From the IMG/VR virus record IMGVR_UViG_3300006129_000013, positions 1 to 40,833 of that record: a stretch of DNA of 40,833 bases; one strand, given 5' to 3'. Both the position numbers and the translations under genes were made by a program. The DNA is from a virus. Its lineage: Duplodnaviria > Caudoviricetes. The notes beneath the pieces were generated by a model. The model was not told where the DNA came from, did not search any database, and saw only the letters and a program-made list of their open reading frames with translations. How positions within the stretch are numbered: the first letter of the stretch is position 1; every line of letters starts with the position of its first letter. Below are positions 15,550 to 24,774 of this stretch, piece by piece.

Positions 15550-16287
15550 TCACCATGTGGACAGCGCAGCCCTTTTCCAGGTGTTTGTTGCCGTGCAGAC
15601 GTAGATGTAGCTCGCGTCCCAACACACCGTCCCGGTCGTTCCGGTGGCGCTTGAGGATGCCGGGGTGCGACTGCTGGACACGATGAGAGATGGCGCGGTG
15701 AACGTGACCCCGGAGCTGACGCCGCTCGTTGAGACGTTGTTGACGGCGCCGGTCGGGGTCGTGGATTGCCATGCCGCGCCGTCGTTGTAGGTGACGACCA
15801 GGCTGGCGTGAGCGGCTTTACCGACCTCACAGACGGTGAACCGGCCGTAGGTCTGCGCCTTCTTCATCCACAGCACAATGTCGCTCGTCCAGCCATCTGA
15901 AATCACTTTGAACGCATCAGACGTCAGCCAGTAGCCGCCCGTGTGAGCCAGCATGGTGACAGCCGCGGTGGGGTTTGCGCTCGTCGCGTTCGACCCCACG
16001 CCGACTGCGATGAGCGCCGCCTCTTTGAGGTTGCCGCCGGCGCCGATTTCGTTGATCGCGTAGATGTAGGAACCCTCGACGGTTTGATTGGTTCCGGTGG
16101 TGAACGTGACGAGCTTGGCCCAGGTGTTCGCACCGTCCTCGGTTCCCGTCGCGCCGCCAGCCGTGGTGCAGACCGGCGTCAGGTGCGCAGAGAACGCAGG
16201 GAAGGTGTTCGTGTTACTGGACAAGTCCTTATTAGTGATGACCTGGGCGCTGGACACGTCCACGTCAGTACGAGCAATTGCAGTCAT
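15550..16287 (-). CDS. tail fibre-type protein
   Basis: C-terminal GTVCWDASYIYVCTATNTWKR module typical of phage fibres. Start trimmed to ATG 16287. Confidence 0.72.
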   Translation of the reverse strand: MTAIARTDVDVSSAQVITNKDLSSNTNTFPAFSAHLTPVCTTAGGATGTEDGANTWAKLVTFTTGTNQTVEGSYIYAINEIGAGGNLKEAALIAVGVGSNATSANPTAAVTMLAHTGGYWLTSDAFKVISDGWTSDIVLWMKKAQTYGRFTVCEVGKAAHASLVVTYNDGAAWQSTTPTGAVNNVSTSGVSSGVTFTAPSLIVSSSRTPASSSATGTTGTVCWDASYIYVCTATNTWKRAALSTW

Positions 16288-18068
16288 GAAGCCCTCACTA
16301 AGTTGCCCGCATTGACGACGTTGGTACCGATGGAACCGCCGGCCGTCTGCCCATTGACTGGGGTTGTGCATAACCGGAAATGGTTGTTGCTGACGTTGAA
16401 GTAGTCCGACGTTCCCGAGGACGCGTAAATTTGCACGCCCTGGTTGAACGTCTGAATCGCGTTGCCCGACACCACGGCGCTGTTGCAGTTGATCAGCCCC
16501 ACGCCATAACCGGAACCGTCGCCGTAGAACGTGTTTCCGGTGACGGTGACATCAGTCATTCCCGTGAAGGTGATGCCGTTACGCGCCTCGAAGGAATTAC
16601 CGACAATGACGAAGTGAGATGTATAGCCGGCCGATACGCACCGGCCTGACGTGTGGATGCCGTAGATGCGGTTGCCCACGATGGCGACATCTTTGGTCAG
16701 GCTGCCGGACCCATCGCACCAGATCCCGCAGGCGCTGGAAATGGAGCCGAGCCGCCCTTGCCCGTCGATGGTGTTGCCCTGGACGATGGCGCCGGGGGAA
16801 TCGGCGAGTTCGATGGCGGCCAGCACCTGACCGTAGAACAAGTTTCCGATGACCCGCGACGTGTTGCATTGCGCTACAGAGACACCCATCGTGCCGTTGA
16901 TGATCGTGTTGCCTTCGACCAGTGCATAGTCGCCGGGGAAGGCGATCTCAATTCCCAAAACGATGCCCGTCGTGTTCGAAGGGTTGAGCGGCATCAGAAT
17001 CGTGTTGCGCACCACCTTGGGGCGGTAGGTGCGCTTCGCGGCATCACCGGTGATGCCGCTGGTCCCCGTGTTTCCCTTGATCTTGATCCCGCCACTGGCG
17101 ATGGTCGTCGGATCTTCGTCGCTGCGGTCGACGTAGTTGTCCGAGACCTCCATGTCGTAGGTGTCCTGAATGGTCGACCCGAGCTGGATCGACAGGACAT
17201 AGGACGACAGAAGAATGGGGACGAACCAGTTCTTGAAGAACTTGCAGCCCAACACCCGCGTGCGCGAACCCTGTCCCCACACGCCGTAGTAGCTGCCATT
17301 CTGCACGGTCACGTTCTGCACGGTGAGAAAGTTGGAGTTGACGGTGCCCAGGATGACGGCCAGAACGTTGTAGGCGTTGCCGCCGAGCGCCACCCGGCCG
17401 CCGTCGAGCGTGCCACCGCCGGTAATGGTCACGCCAGCGGCGTCGACGGTGATCAACGCCCGCGCATGGTTGGTCTGAGTGATGGTCGCACCCGGCGTGA
17501 TGTTCCAGACCTGCGATGCGACGTTGGCTTTCAGGCAGCCCGAACCGTCGTTGTTGCCGACGATGTTGTAGGTGCCCGCCGGGAACACCACCGTGCCGCC
17601 GACGCCGGCCGCATCGCGTGCCGCATGGATGGCCGCGGTGTCGTCGGTGGACCCGTCGCCTTTGGCGCCGTAATCCTTGACGTTGTATTGCGGCGCTGTC
17701 GCCGTCGGCACGTAGCGGGCGTCCAAACTCGTCAGTGCGTGCGAGGAGTCGACGTAGGCCCATGCCTTCCCTGATCCCTGTGCCACGACCTGTAATTCGA
17801 CGTGGTCGTCGCGCAGCCGCAATGTGATCGCGGTCCCGCCGGTGATGGTGGTGTCCGACCCGGCGCAAATGAATGTCACCGAGTTGGTCGTGGTATCGGT
17901 TTTGCGTAACGCCAGCCGTGCACCGACATTCAGCCCGGACAGTGCGGGCAGTGCAGGCGTCAGTATGCCCGACGTGGCGTCATAGACGTTGATCTTCCCG
18001 ATCAACGGCGACGTGCTCGTCGTGATGGTCGCCGAACCGAGAACCAGCGGGGTTACCAGGGTAGTCAT
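16284..18068 (-). CDS. tailspike / right-handed beta-helix (pectate-lyase-like) depolymerase
   Basis: NVKDYGAKGDGSTDDTAAI...VVFPAGTY followed by many (V/I)xGNx(I/F) beta-helix coils. Confidence 0.85.
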   Translation of the reverse strand: MTTLVTPLVLGSATITTSTSPLIGKINVYDATSGILTPALPALSGLNVGARLALRKTDTTTNSVTFICAGSDTTITGGTAITLRLRDDHVELQVVAQGSGKAWAYVDSSHALTSLDARYVPTATAPQYNVKDYGAKGDGSTDDTAAIHAARDAAGVGGTVVFPAGTYNIVGNNDGSGCLKANVASQVWNITPGATITQTNHARALITVDAAGVTITGGGTLDGGRVALGGNAYNVLAVILGTVNSNFLTVQNVTVQNGSYYGVWGQGSRTRVLGCKFFKNWFVPILLSSYVLSIQLGSTIQDTYDMEVSDNYVDRSDEDPTTIASGGIKIKGNTGTSGITGDAAKRTYRPKVVRNTILMPLNPSNTTGIVLGIEIAFPGDYALVEGNTIINGTMGVSVAQCNTSRVIGNLFYGQVLAAIELADSPGAIVQGNTIDGQGRLGSISSACGIWCDGSGSLTKDVAIVGNRIYGIHTSGRCVSAGYTSHFVIVGNSFEARNGITFTGMTDVTVTGNTFYGDGSGYGVGLINCNSAVVSGNAIQTFNQGVQIYASSGTSDYFNVSNNHFRLCTTPVNGQTAGGSIGTNVVNAGNLVRAS

Positions 18069-18083
18069 GTATTCCTTTTCCCT

Positions 18084-19070
18084 CTATGCGGTAGCGGTGC
18101 CATCGCTGCGGTCGGTCACGGTCGAACCGCCGCCGCCGCCACTACCACCGGGCGCACTTCCCAGCACCGACCACGCCGCCGTGGTGGTCGATGAGCGCAG
18201 CAATGCGAGGCCGGTGGCTCCCGCGTCGGTGATATTGGCCGAGGAGATGGACGAGATGAGAGCCTTCGAAACCGCCGCGGGGACATCCTGGGCGCTGACG
18301 TCGATCATCCATGTGCGCGACCGCGGTGGCAGCGAACTGCGGAATACGCCACCGCGACAGGTGATCGCCCCGAGCGCGATGGCCGGCGCCGCCGCGGTCG
18401 CGGTCACCACGGCCGGCTCGAGGTTCACACCGAACGCGCCCCACTGATTGGTGTTGGACTGCTCGATGGTTTCGGTGACGCTTGAGCTGCCGGGAGTGTC
18501 ACCGATGACGAGCTGGCCGCCGAGGACCAAGGCCGCCTTGGCGCGCAGCGATGCCGGATAGGCGCCGGTGAATGCCTTGGTGATGCCAACGCCGTGCACG
18601 GTGACGACCCGGTTGGCCGGGTTCAAGCTGGGGACGGTGACCGAGTTGTCCGTCGATGTCGACGTCGTGGCCGTCACGGCGGCATCCACCGAGGCGACGC
18701 CGGCGTAGGACGAGGACACGCCATACAGGTTGTCCGTCAGTAGCGATCCGCTCATCCCCGAATAGGAGATGGTGATCGTGCTGGTGCCCGCCGTTGGAGA
18801 TGTCAGCGAGTACAGCGCCATCCATGACTTCGGATTGGAGCCGATACCGGACAGCCACGTCACGGGTCCGGCGATCTTGGTCATAGTGGTGCTGCCATAG
18901 GTGACGCTGAAGGATGCCGAGCTGACATCGACGTCGCCGTTCCACAAGACACCCACCAGGACAACAGTGTTGGCTGCCATCGTCGACACCGTGTGACTCC
19001 ACGTCAGGGTGCCCGAACCGCTCAGCGACAGCTTCGCGCCGTGACCGGAAGAATCGAATGTGACCGGCAT
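18084..19070 (-). CDS. minor tail protein
   Basis: MPVTFDSSGHG...LTWSHT; S/T/G-rich. Start trimmed to ATG 19070. Confidence 0.75.
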   Translation of the reverse strand: MPVTFDSSGHGAKLSLSGSGTLTWSHTVSTMAANTVVLVGVLWNGDVDVSSASFSVTYGSTTMTKIAGPVTWLSGIGSNPKSWMALYSLTSPTAGTSTITISYSGMSGSLLTDNLYGVSSSYAGVASVDAAVTATTSTSTDNSVTVPSLNPANRVVTVHGVGITKAFTGAYPASLRAKAALVLGGQLVIGDTPGSSSVTETIEQSNTNQWGAFGVNLEPAVVTATAAAPAIALGAITCRGGVFRSSLPPRSRTWMIDVSAQDVPAAVSKALISSISSANITDAGATGLALLRSSTTTAAWSVLGSAPGGSGGGGGSTVTDRSDGTATA

Positions 19071-19072
19071 GG

Positions 19073-19456
19073 CTACGAGGCGATGGTCGAGGACAGGAAC
19101 GGCAGTGTGATCGCGTTCAAGGTGAACACGTCCCCGTTCGCCACCGTCTGCGGCGCCAGCAGGGTGCCGGAGAACAGAAAGGTGCCCGCCGACAAATCGC
19201 TCCACACGGTGGCCAGCGTGATGGTCTCCGCGGTCGTCATCGACCACGTCGGGGGTGAACCAGTGAAGATCAGCGAGTTGCCCGACAGGACGAAGTTGCA
19301 CTGCTGACGCGATCCGACCGCCGAAACGTTAGCCGTGCCGTTGGCTCCGGGTTGGCCGGTGTGCAGTTGCACGGCGGTGATCGGAGCCACCCACGGGGTA
19401 TTCGTCAGGGTGCCGAGCCACGCCTGCGCCAGTGCGGCGCTGATTCCGGTTGCCAT
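19073..19456 (-). CDS. minor tail protein
   Basis: VQLHTGQPGANGTAN motif; AAAGGAG RBS before ATG 19456. Confidence 0.78.
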   Translation of the reverse strand: MATGISAALAQAWLGTLTNTPWVAPITAVQLHTGQPGANGTANVSAVGSRQQCNFVLSGNSLIFTGSPPTWSMTTAETITLATVWSDLSAGTFLFSGTLLAPQTVANGDVFTLNAITLPFLSSTIAS

Positions 19457-19469
19457 GTATGGAACTCCT

Positions 19470-19799
19470 TTACAGGTTCTCGATGTCGAGGGTGAAGCTG
19501 CGATCGTCCTGACGCCCATTGGCTGTGGTGACGTGACAGGTGACGGTGTAGGTGGTGCCTTGGACGCCGCCGCCGAGCCACACCACTGCGTTGGCATTGG
19601 CGACCCCGCCGAGGGTGGTGCCGACGGTCTGGGAAATGACTTTGATGTCTGAAGAGGACGGCTGGAAGTCGCACGCAACCAGAGAGTCGCCGGGAGTCAT
19701 CCACACCGACCAGTCGACGGCGAAATCCAAAACGGCTTGGGGGTCTTTCACCCATCGCGCTGACCAGCCGGTAATCAGGCTGTCCAGTGGTGTGGTCAT
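19470..19799 (-). CDS. fibre-tail adaptor-like protein
   Basis: KDPQAVLDFAVDWS.W...VWLGGG..G..Y.VTC.VTT..GRQDDRSF. Confidence 0.72.
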   Translation of the reverse strand: MTTPLDSLITGWSARWVKDPQAVLDFAVDWSVWMTPGDSLVACDFQPSSSDIKVISQTVGTTLGGVANANAVVWLGGGVQGTTYTVTCHVTTANGRQDDRSFTLDIENL

Positions 19800-19815
19800 G
19801 TCGGGGTGTCCTTTC

Positions 19816-20100
19816 CTACGCCGTGGTGAAGCCGGCGGCCGTGAACTGCTCGGGTGTAAGCACCATCAGCCGCCCGGACCAGTGCACGACCCACTGGCCG
19901 ATGGTGGCCGTCGCGCCGACACCCTCCGGCGGGTTCAGCTCCAACATCCAGGTCACGGTGCCGTCCAGCGATGGCGGGCCAACCATGATGCCGCCGCGGT
20001 AGCCCAGCCCCTGCGCCTCGTTGAGCGCGGTGGCCAGGTCTTCGGGTGACTCCAGATGCCAGCCGACAGCCGTCGAGGACAAGCTCAGAGATGTTGACAC
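19816..20100 (-). CDS. hypothetical tail-region protein
   Basis: GAAAGG RBS; fills the operon gap. Confidence 0.65.
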   Translation of the reverse strand: MSTSLSLSSTAVGWHLESPEDLATALNEAQGLGYRGGIMVGPPSLDGTVTWMLELNPPEGVGATATIGQWVVHWSGRLMVLTPEQFTAAGFTTA

Positions 20101-20110
20101 GTCGAACCTT

Positions 20111-21109
20111 TCATGCGGCGTCGCACCAGGTGAAGCTCTCCAGATCCGGTGGACCGGTTTCGCCGAACAGGCCGCCGGCCGCCGAGACGCCGAAGCCGGG
20201 GTTGCGGAATCCGGCGCCCATCATGGAACTGGTGCCGGAGTCGATGTAATTGATCAGGGTGTTGCCGTTGTGCTGCAGGATGTACTCGCGCGGATTGCTT
20301 GCCGTACCGATCTGCAGCCCATACACATCCCCCGGTGAGGCCGAATAGGCCTGCGCGGAACCGAAATAGGTCATTGAGCCGTTGACCATGTAGCCGAGCT
20401 GTGCGCGGGCGCCGCCGCCAATGACTGCCGACAGCACGGCGAACACGCCGTTTTGGCCCGCGTGGTAGGTGGCGCCACTGATCACCACGTCGTTGGCGTT
20501 GCAGCGGTTGAACAGGAACACCTGGGCGCCGTGATCGACGACGTCGGTCAGTAGCAGCCACGACTTCTGCTGGTCGGTGACCAGCGTGACGTCGTTGCGG
20601 ACCGCGATGCACTGACGCCCGAACAGCAGCCCGGACGCATGCCAGCGGGCCTTGCCGTCCCCAGACAGTCCGAGAGTGCCCGCACCGGATCCGGTGTAGT
20701 ACTCGTTGTAGGACGATCCCAGGCTGCTCGAGGACGAGCCGGGAAAGGCTTCCGAGCCGTGCACGCCGCCGACCGCCGTCCCCGACAGATAGGCATAGAT
20801 GGAGTTGACGCCGCCGTTGGCGAGGTTCGCCGAACCTTGCGCGTTGGTCGCATTGGCCAGCGCGTTGGTGGCCTGCGTCATCAGATTGTTGGCCCAGTTC
20901 GCCAGGCCGGCGAACGGGTGGATGCCGAACACGCTGATCCCCGATACCGCTAGCAGCACCTTGGCCAGAATTGAGTCGATCAGATAGGTGCCGATCGCCT
21001 CCAGCTGGCCCGCCGAGAACGGGGCGCCGCGCTTGGGGCTCTTGCTACTGGGCTGGTTGTGGATCGACGAGTTCGGGGTGATCGTCGACGGGCCGGACGG
21101 CGAGGTCAT
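20111..21109 (-). CDS. minor tail protein
   Basis: ATG 21109 overlaps the upstream stop; C-terminal SMMGAGFRNPGFG-type beta domain. Confidence 0.78.
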   Translation of the reverse strand: MTSPSGPSTITPNSSIHNQPSSKSPKRGAPFSAGQLEAIGTYLIDSILAKVLLAVSGISVFGIHPFAGLANWANNLMTQATNALANATNAQGSANLANGGVNSIYAYLSGTAVGGVHGSEAFPGSSSSSLGSSYNEYYTGSGAGTLGLSGDGKARWHASGLLFGRQCIAVRNDVTLVTDQQKSWLLLTDVVDHGAQVFLFNRCNANDVVISGATYHAGQNGVFAVLSAVIGGGARAQLGYMVNGSMTYFGSAQAYSASPGDVYGLQIGTASNPREYILQHNGNTLINYIDSGTSSMMGAGFRNPGFGVSAAGGLFGETGPPDLESFTWCDAA

Positions 21110-21966
21110 CCGACAATCAGCGCCCCGACGAAGAAGGTGGTGGTGCTCGCCGAGGTGGAGTAGTCGGCCGGGGTGCCACCGACCTGCTCGGCGTTGAAGT
21201 AGACGGTGGTGGCGACCCCGGCACTGATGACGCCGTAACCGGTCGCTGAGCCCGCCGGCGGCCCAGACTGCAGGACTGTCGCGGTGGCTTGATTGGCGAC
21301 TCCGATGCCTTGGGCGACGATATTGCCGGTCGTCGCGTTGGCCACTCGCGCCACCAGATTGACCTGTGCGGTGCCATCTAGTGCGGTGACGACGGACTGG
21401 CCGAAGCACAGCGGGAACCACGGGCGGTCCATCGGACCCACCGACACCGCGCACAGGGTGCGGTTGGATGTCGAGGATGATCCGGTGGAGTTGATGGTCG
21501 TCGGCCACCACATTGAGGACACCGGCGGGGTGACGAACCCGAACGCCGGAGTGGAGCCGGACGAGGTGATGCCGAGCATCTTCCCCACCGCTGCGGTGCG
21601 AGCACCGACGATGTCGGCGGCCAAGGCGAGGGCGAAGGATCCGACCGAGCCGGGTTCGCCTTCGTTGACGTAGAAGTTCAGCGAGTACTGGCTCGGGACG
21701 CCGGGGCCGCCGGGGTCGATGAGATCGACGACCGGATTCGGACTCGGCAGCGCCGTGCCGGAGGGCACCTGCGTCATGGAGATCTGGAACTGCGGCGGTA
21801 GTCCGGGTGGACCTTGCAGGATGCCCGGCAGGGTGCCGAATCCAGCTTTGGCGGTGAACGTGCACACCGCCGCGCCGGTGCTCGGATCCCAATTGGACAG
21901 GGTCACATCGACGTCGGTGAACGTCACCGACTGGCTGCCGTCTGAGTTGTTGACGATGATCGGCAT
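21106..21966 (-). CDS. minor tail protein
   Basis: Synteny after the large minor tail gene; QGPPGLPP, DRPWFPLCFGQ. Confidence 0.78.
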   Translation of the reverse strand: MPIIVNNSDGSQSVTFTDVDVTLSNWDPSTGAAVCTFTAKAGFGTLPGILQGPPGLPPQFQISMTQVPSGTALPSPNPVVDLIDPGGPGVPSQYSLNFYVNEGEPGSVGSFALALAADIVGARTAAVGKMLGITSSGSTPAFGFVTPPVSSMWWPTTINSTGSSSTSNRTLCAVSVGPMDRPWFPLCFGQSVVTALDGTAQVNLVARVANATTGNIVAQGIGVANQATATVLQSGPPAGSATGYGVISAGVATTVYFNAEQVGGTPADYSTSASTTTFFVGALIVG

Positions 21967-23713
21967 CTACTGATCCTGCAATGTCACGTCAGCGAGGAAC
22001 TTCCACATTTCCTTGAGCTTTCTACTGAAGATGGCCATCGGGTTGTCATGCAGCTTGCCGTCGCCGACCTGCACCTCGACTTTGGCGCGGGCACTCTTGC
22101 GGTCGTCGGTCAGCGTGATGTTCTCGACGTAGTCCATGAAGGCTTCGCCGGTGTTCTGCAGCGCCACAATCATCATGCCGCCGCGGAAGATGTCGCGGTT
22201 GATCTGCAGCCCGTAGGTGCCATTGAGCATCGACACCTTCGCCGAGCGAAAACCACGCGTATCCCATTGCGCCGAAATAAGATTGAACAAGGCATCGACG
22301 TTATAGGGGGCGCCATTGGAGCTGGGGAACATCTGCTCGGGGTAGCAATACGGTCCGTTAGCCAGCCGCCGGTCCTCGTTGATCGCCAACTCAAAGGCCA
22401 GGATGGTGTCGGAGATTAGGCCGGAGAGCAGATCGGTGGGGATGCCGGTGAAGCCGATCAGGATCTCCACTGAGTCGATCAGCCAGGACAGGGTCGCATT
22501 GATTAAATCGTCTAATTTGGTGCGTGAGTCGGTCTGTGCCCCACCGGTTTCCCGGTGGGGCACAGACCAACCACTGGGGGCTCTTTCCGCCGATAATCGT
22601 CGTGTGAGCCATCGTGTGGTGGTCGATGATGTTGGCCGACAACAGCGGTGACTTCGGGTGATCTGCGATCACCATCGCCCACGGTGGGGTGAAGTTCACG
22701 CCCAACTCCGGGGCGATGTAGATCCCCTCCGCGGCGTACTGCTGCGCGTTGGCTGATCCGGTGAACGGTCCCGACGCCTCGCCGAACGCGCCCTGCTGCA
22801 GCTGCGCGATGTCTTTGAGGACGCCGTCGATGAAGCTGCGGCCGGTCGGGCCGGTGATGCCGGATCGGTCGATGACGCGTACCACATAGGTCGCCACCTT
22901 CAGGGTGGCGCGGTCGGGGTCGGGTTGCGGATCCCCCGGCCGCCACAGCTTCACCTCAAGATCCAGCCCGTTGTCCTTGATGATGCCTTGCACCAGCTGC
23001 AGGATCGGATCAAAGCGACCGGTCAGAAACACAAACGGCGACGTGTCCTGAAACGGGTTGTGATGCACCACGTATACCGGTGTGTGCAGCATGTCGGCGA
23101 GCTTGCCGTCGCCTTCAAGCCAAGTGGAAAACCATGCCCGCCAATCTCCGTCGAGCGAGGATAGCGCGTTGGCCATGTCCCAGTAGCCCAGCTGAAGACG
23201 AAACGCGTTCTCGGCGATAACGGTTTCCACGACCGTGCAGGCGTTACCGAAGTACACCGCTTCACGTAGCGGTCCCTGGTATTCGATCGGGGTCAGGAAG
23301 TTGACCCACGCCAGCATGTGCGTCAGATAGGCGGTGTCGCCGACCAGGGATGCGGTCAGTGTCCAGTTGCCCTGCCCGTCGAGTGCATAGTCGGTGTCAG
23401 ACACGCGGCCGGACCACTGCAGAGTGCCGCTGCCGTTGCTGATGACGATCGGTACCACCGTCGAAGAACAAGCCCGCAACGCCGGCACCATCGGGTCGGT
23501 GCCCTTCAGCACGATCCGACCCGTCTCGACGTCGTTGCGCGGCCACATCACCGACAGGTAGGTGTAGTCGTTGCAGTAGCCCTGCAGCTTGTACGTCTTG
23601 TCCAGAATCTCGACATAGATGTCGGTATCCGGTACCGGGTTAGAGGCCGACGCCGCCCCGGCCATTGCGGCGCGCGGATCGCTCGACGTTAGCCGGTTGG
23701 CGAGGTCACTCAT
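21967..23713 (-). CDS. large minor tail (baseplate hub-type) protein, split into two frames by a 55-nt insert at 22513-22567
   Basis: ORF 22391-23713 reads ...IIGGKSPQWL; ORF 21967-22563 continues DDLINATLSWLID. Removing 55 nt gives one 563-aa frame (1692 nt). Confidence 0.8.
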
Positions 23714-24774
23714 TCAGGCCACCGACGACGCGGGGTCACCGCGGCGATCACCTTGGTCGCCGAGCTGGCCCCGGTCACCGACACGCGGATGTTGGACACC
23801 GTGGGGGTGGTGACCGTCTTGGGGATCGGGTTGGTGAACCGGCCGGCCAGCAGCGCCGCCATGTTCGTCTGCGGCGGAAGGATCCCGAACTTGGACTCGA
23901 ACTGCTGCAGCAGCGGCACGATGTTGCCGTTGGAAGCGAAGCTGACGAGGTTCTGCAGCCGAGTCTGATATGGGGTCAGCACCTGCGTCACCACACCGGG
24001 AGACAAATCCACCACGACCGGAAGCCGTGGATGAGAGTTGAGTAGCACAATCTGACCCTCATAGAGCGGGCCGTAGGTGATCGTCGATGCCGAGCCGGGA
24101 CCGTTGGAGAAACTGAACGTGCCCGGTCCGTACACCAGCGCCGACCACCAGGCGTCGCGGTCGCCCCGGTTACTCAGCGGCAGCCATCCCGATCCGTAGT
24201 CGGTCAGCAGCGGTGTCAGCGGCCACTGCGACGTCGACGGGGTCGACTGCCACACGCCACCGTCGATGCGTACCGTCCACGGGAACTTCTGTGTGGCGTT
24301 GATGGTGTTGGGGATGTCGTCGTTGGCTGCTTTCATCCACCGAGCCATCCCCCACCACTTGCCCATCGTCGGCGTCGTCCACGACAACTCGCCGACCTGA
24401 TCGGCGGCCCACGATCCGATCCACGCGCGTTGCACCTCGCGCTTGCGGGCCACCGCCTGCGCATGGGTCATCCCCGGCTCCTTGCCGGTGACGAGCGCCT
24501 TCATGTCGATCTGGATCGGATCGAGGACCGATCCCATGTTGGTGACACCGTCCTCGCGGGCGCCGGATTGATCCAGCAGATGCCATTCCGGCATCAGGCC
24601 TTTGATGCCTTGCAGCAGCACGCCGGACTGCACGCCGGGAATCGGTGCCAGACCGCCCATCAGGTTGAACACCTGATCCTGGTAGCGGTAGGCCACCAGC
24701 GGCGTTGTTCCACTGTGTAACAACGATTCCCCGTAGGGGGTGATGGTGCCCGACGGATAGGAGGTGATCGTCAC
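23710..24774 (-). CDS. distal tail / minor tail protein
   Basis: First gene after the tape measure; YPSGTITPYG...TPRRRWPE termini typical of this gene. Confidence 0.82.
   Translation of the reverse strand: MTITSYPSGTITPYGESLLHSGTTPLVAYRYQDQVFNLMGGLAPIPGVQSGVLLQGIKGLMPEWHLLDQSGAREDGVTNMGSVLDPIQIDMKALVTGKEPGMTHAQAVARKREVQRAWIGSWAADQVGELSWTTPTMGKWWGMARWMKAANDDIPNTINATQKFPWTVRIDGGVWQSTPSTSQWPLTPLLTDYGSGWLPLSNRGDRDAWWSALVYGPGTFSFSNGPGSASTITYGPLYEGQIVLLNSHPRLPVVVDLSPGVVTQVLTPYQTRLQNLVSFASNGNIVPLLQQFESKFGILPPQTNMAALLAGRFTNPIPKTVTTPTVSNIRVSVTGASSATKVIAAVTPRRRWPE

Noticed and set aside
13273-18068. Diversity-generating retroelement or invertase-driven fibre switching
   Set aside because: No reverse transcriptase, no TR/VR pair and no serine invertase or inverted crossover sites seen; only a 25-bp direct repeat.
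21967-22563. Independent 198-aa gene starting at GTG 22563
   Set aside because: The start lies inside the 17-bp stem with no RBS, and the sequence reads as the continuation of the upstream minor tail protein.
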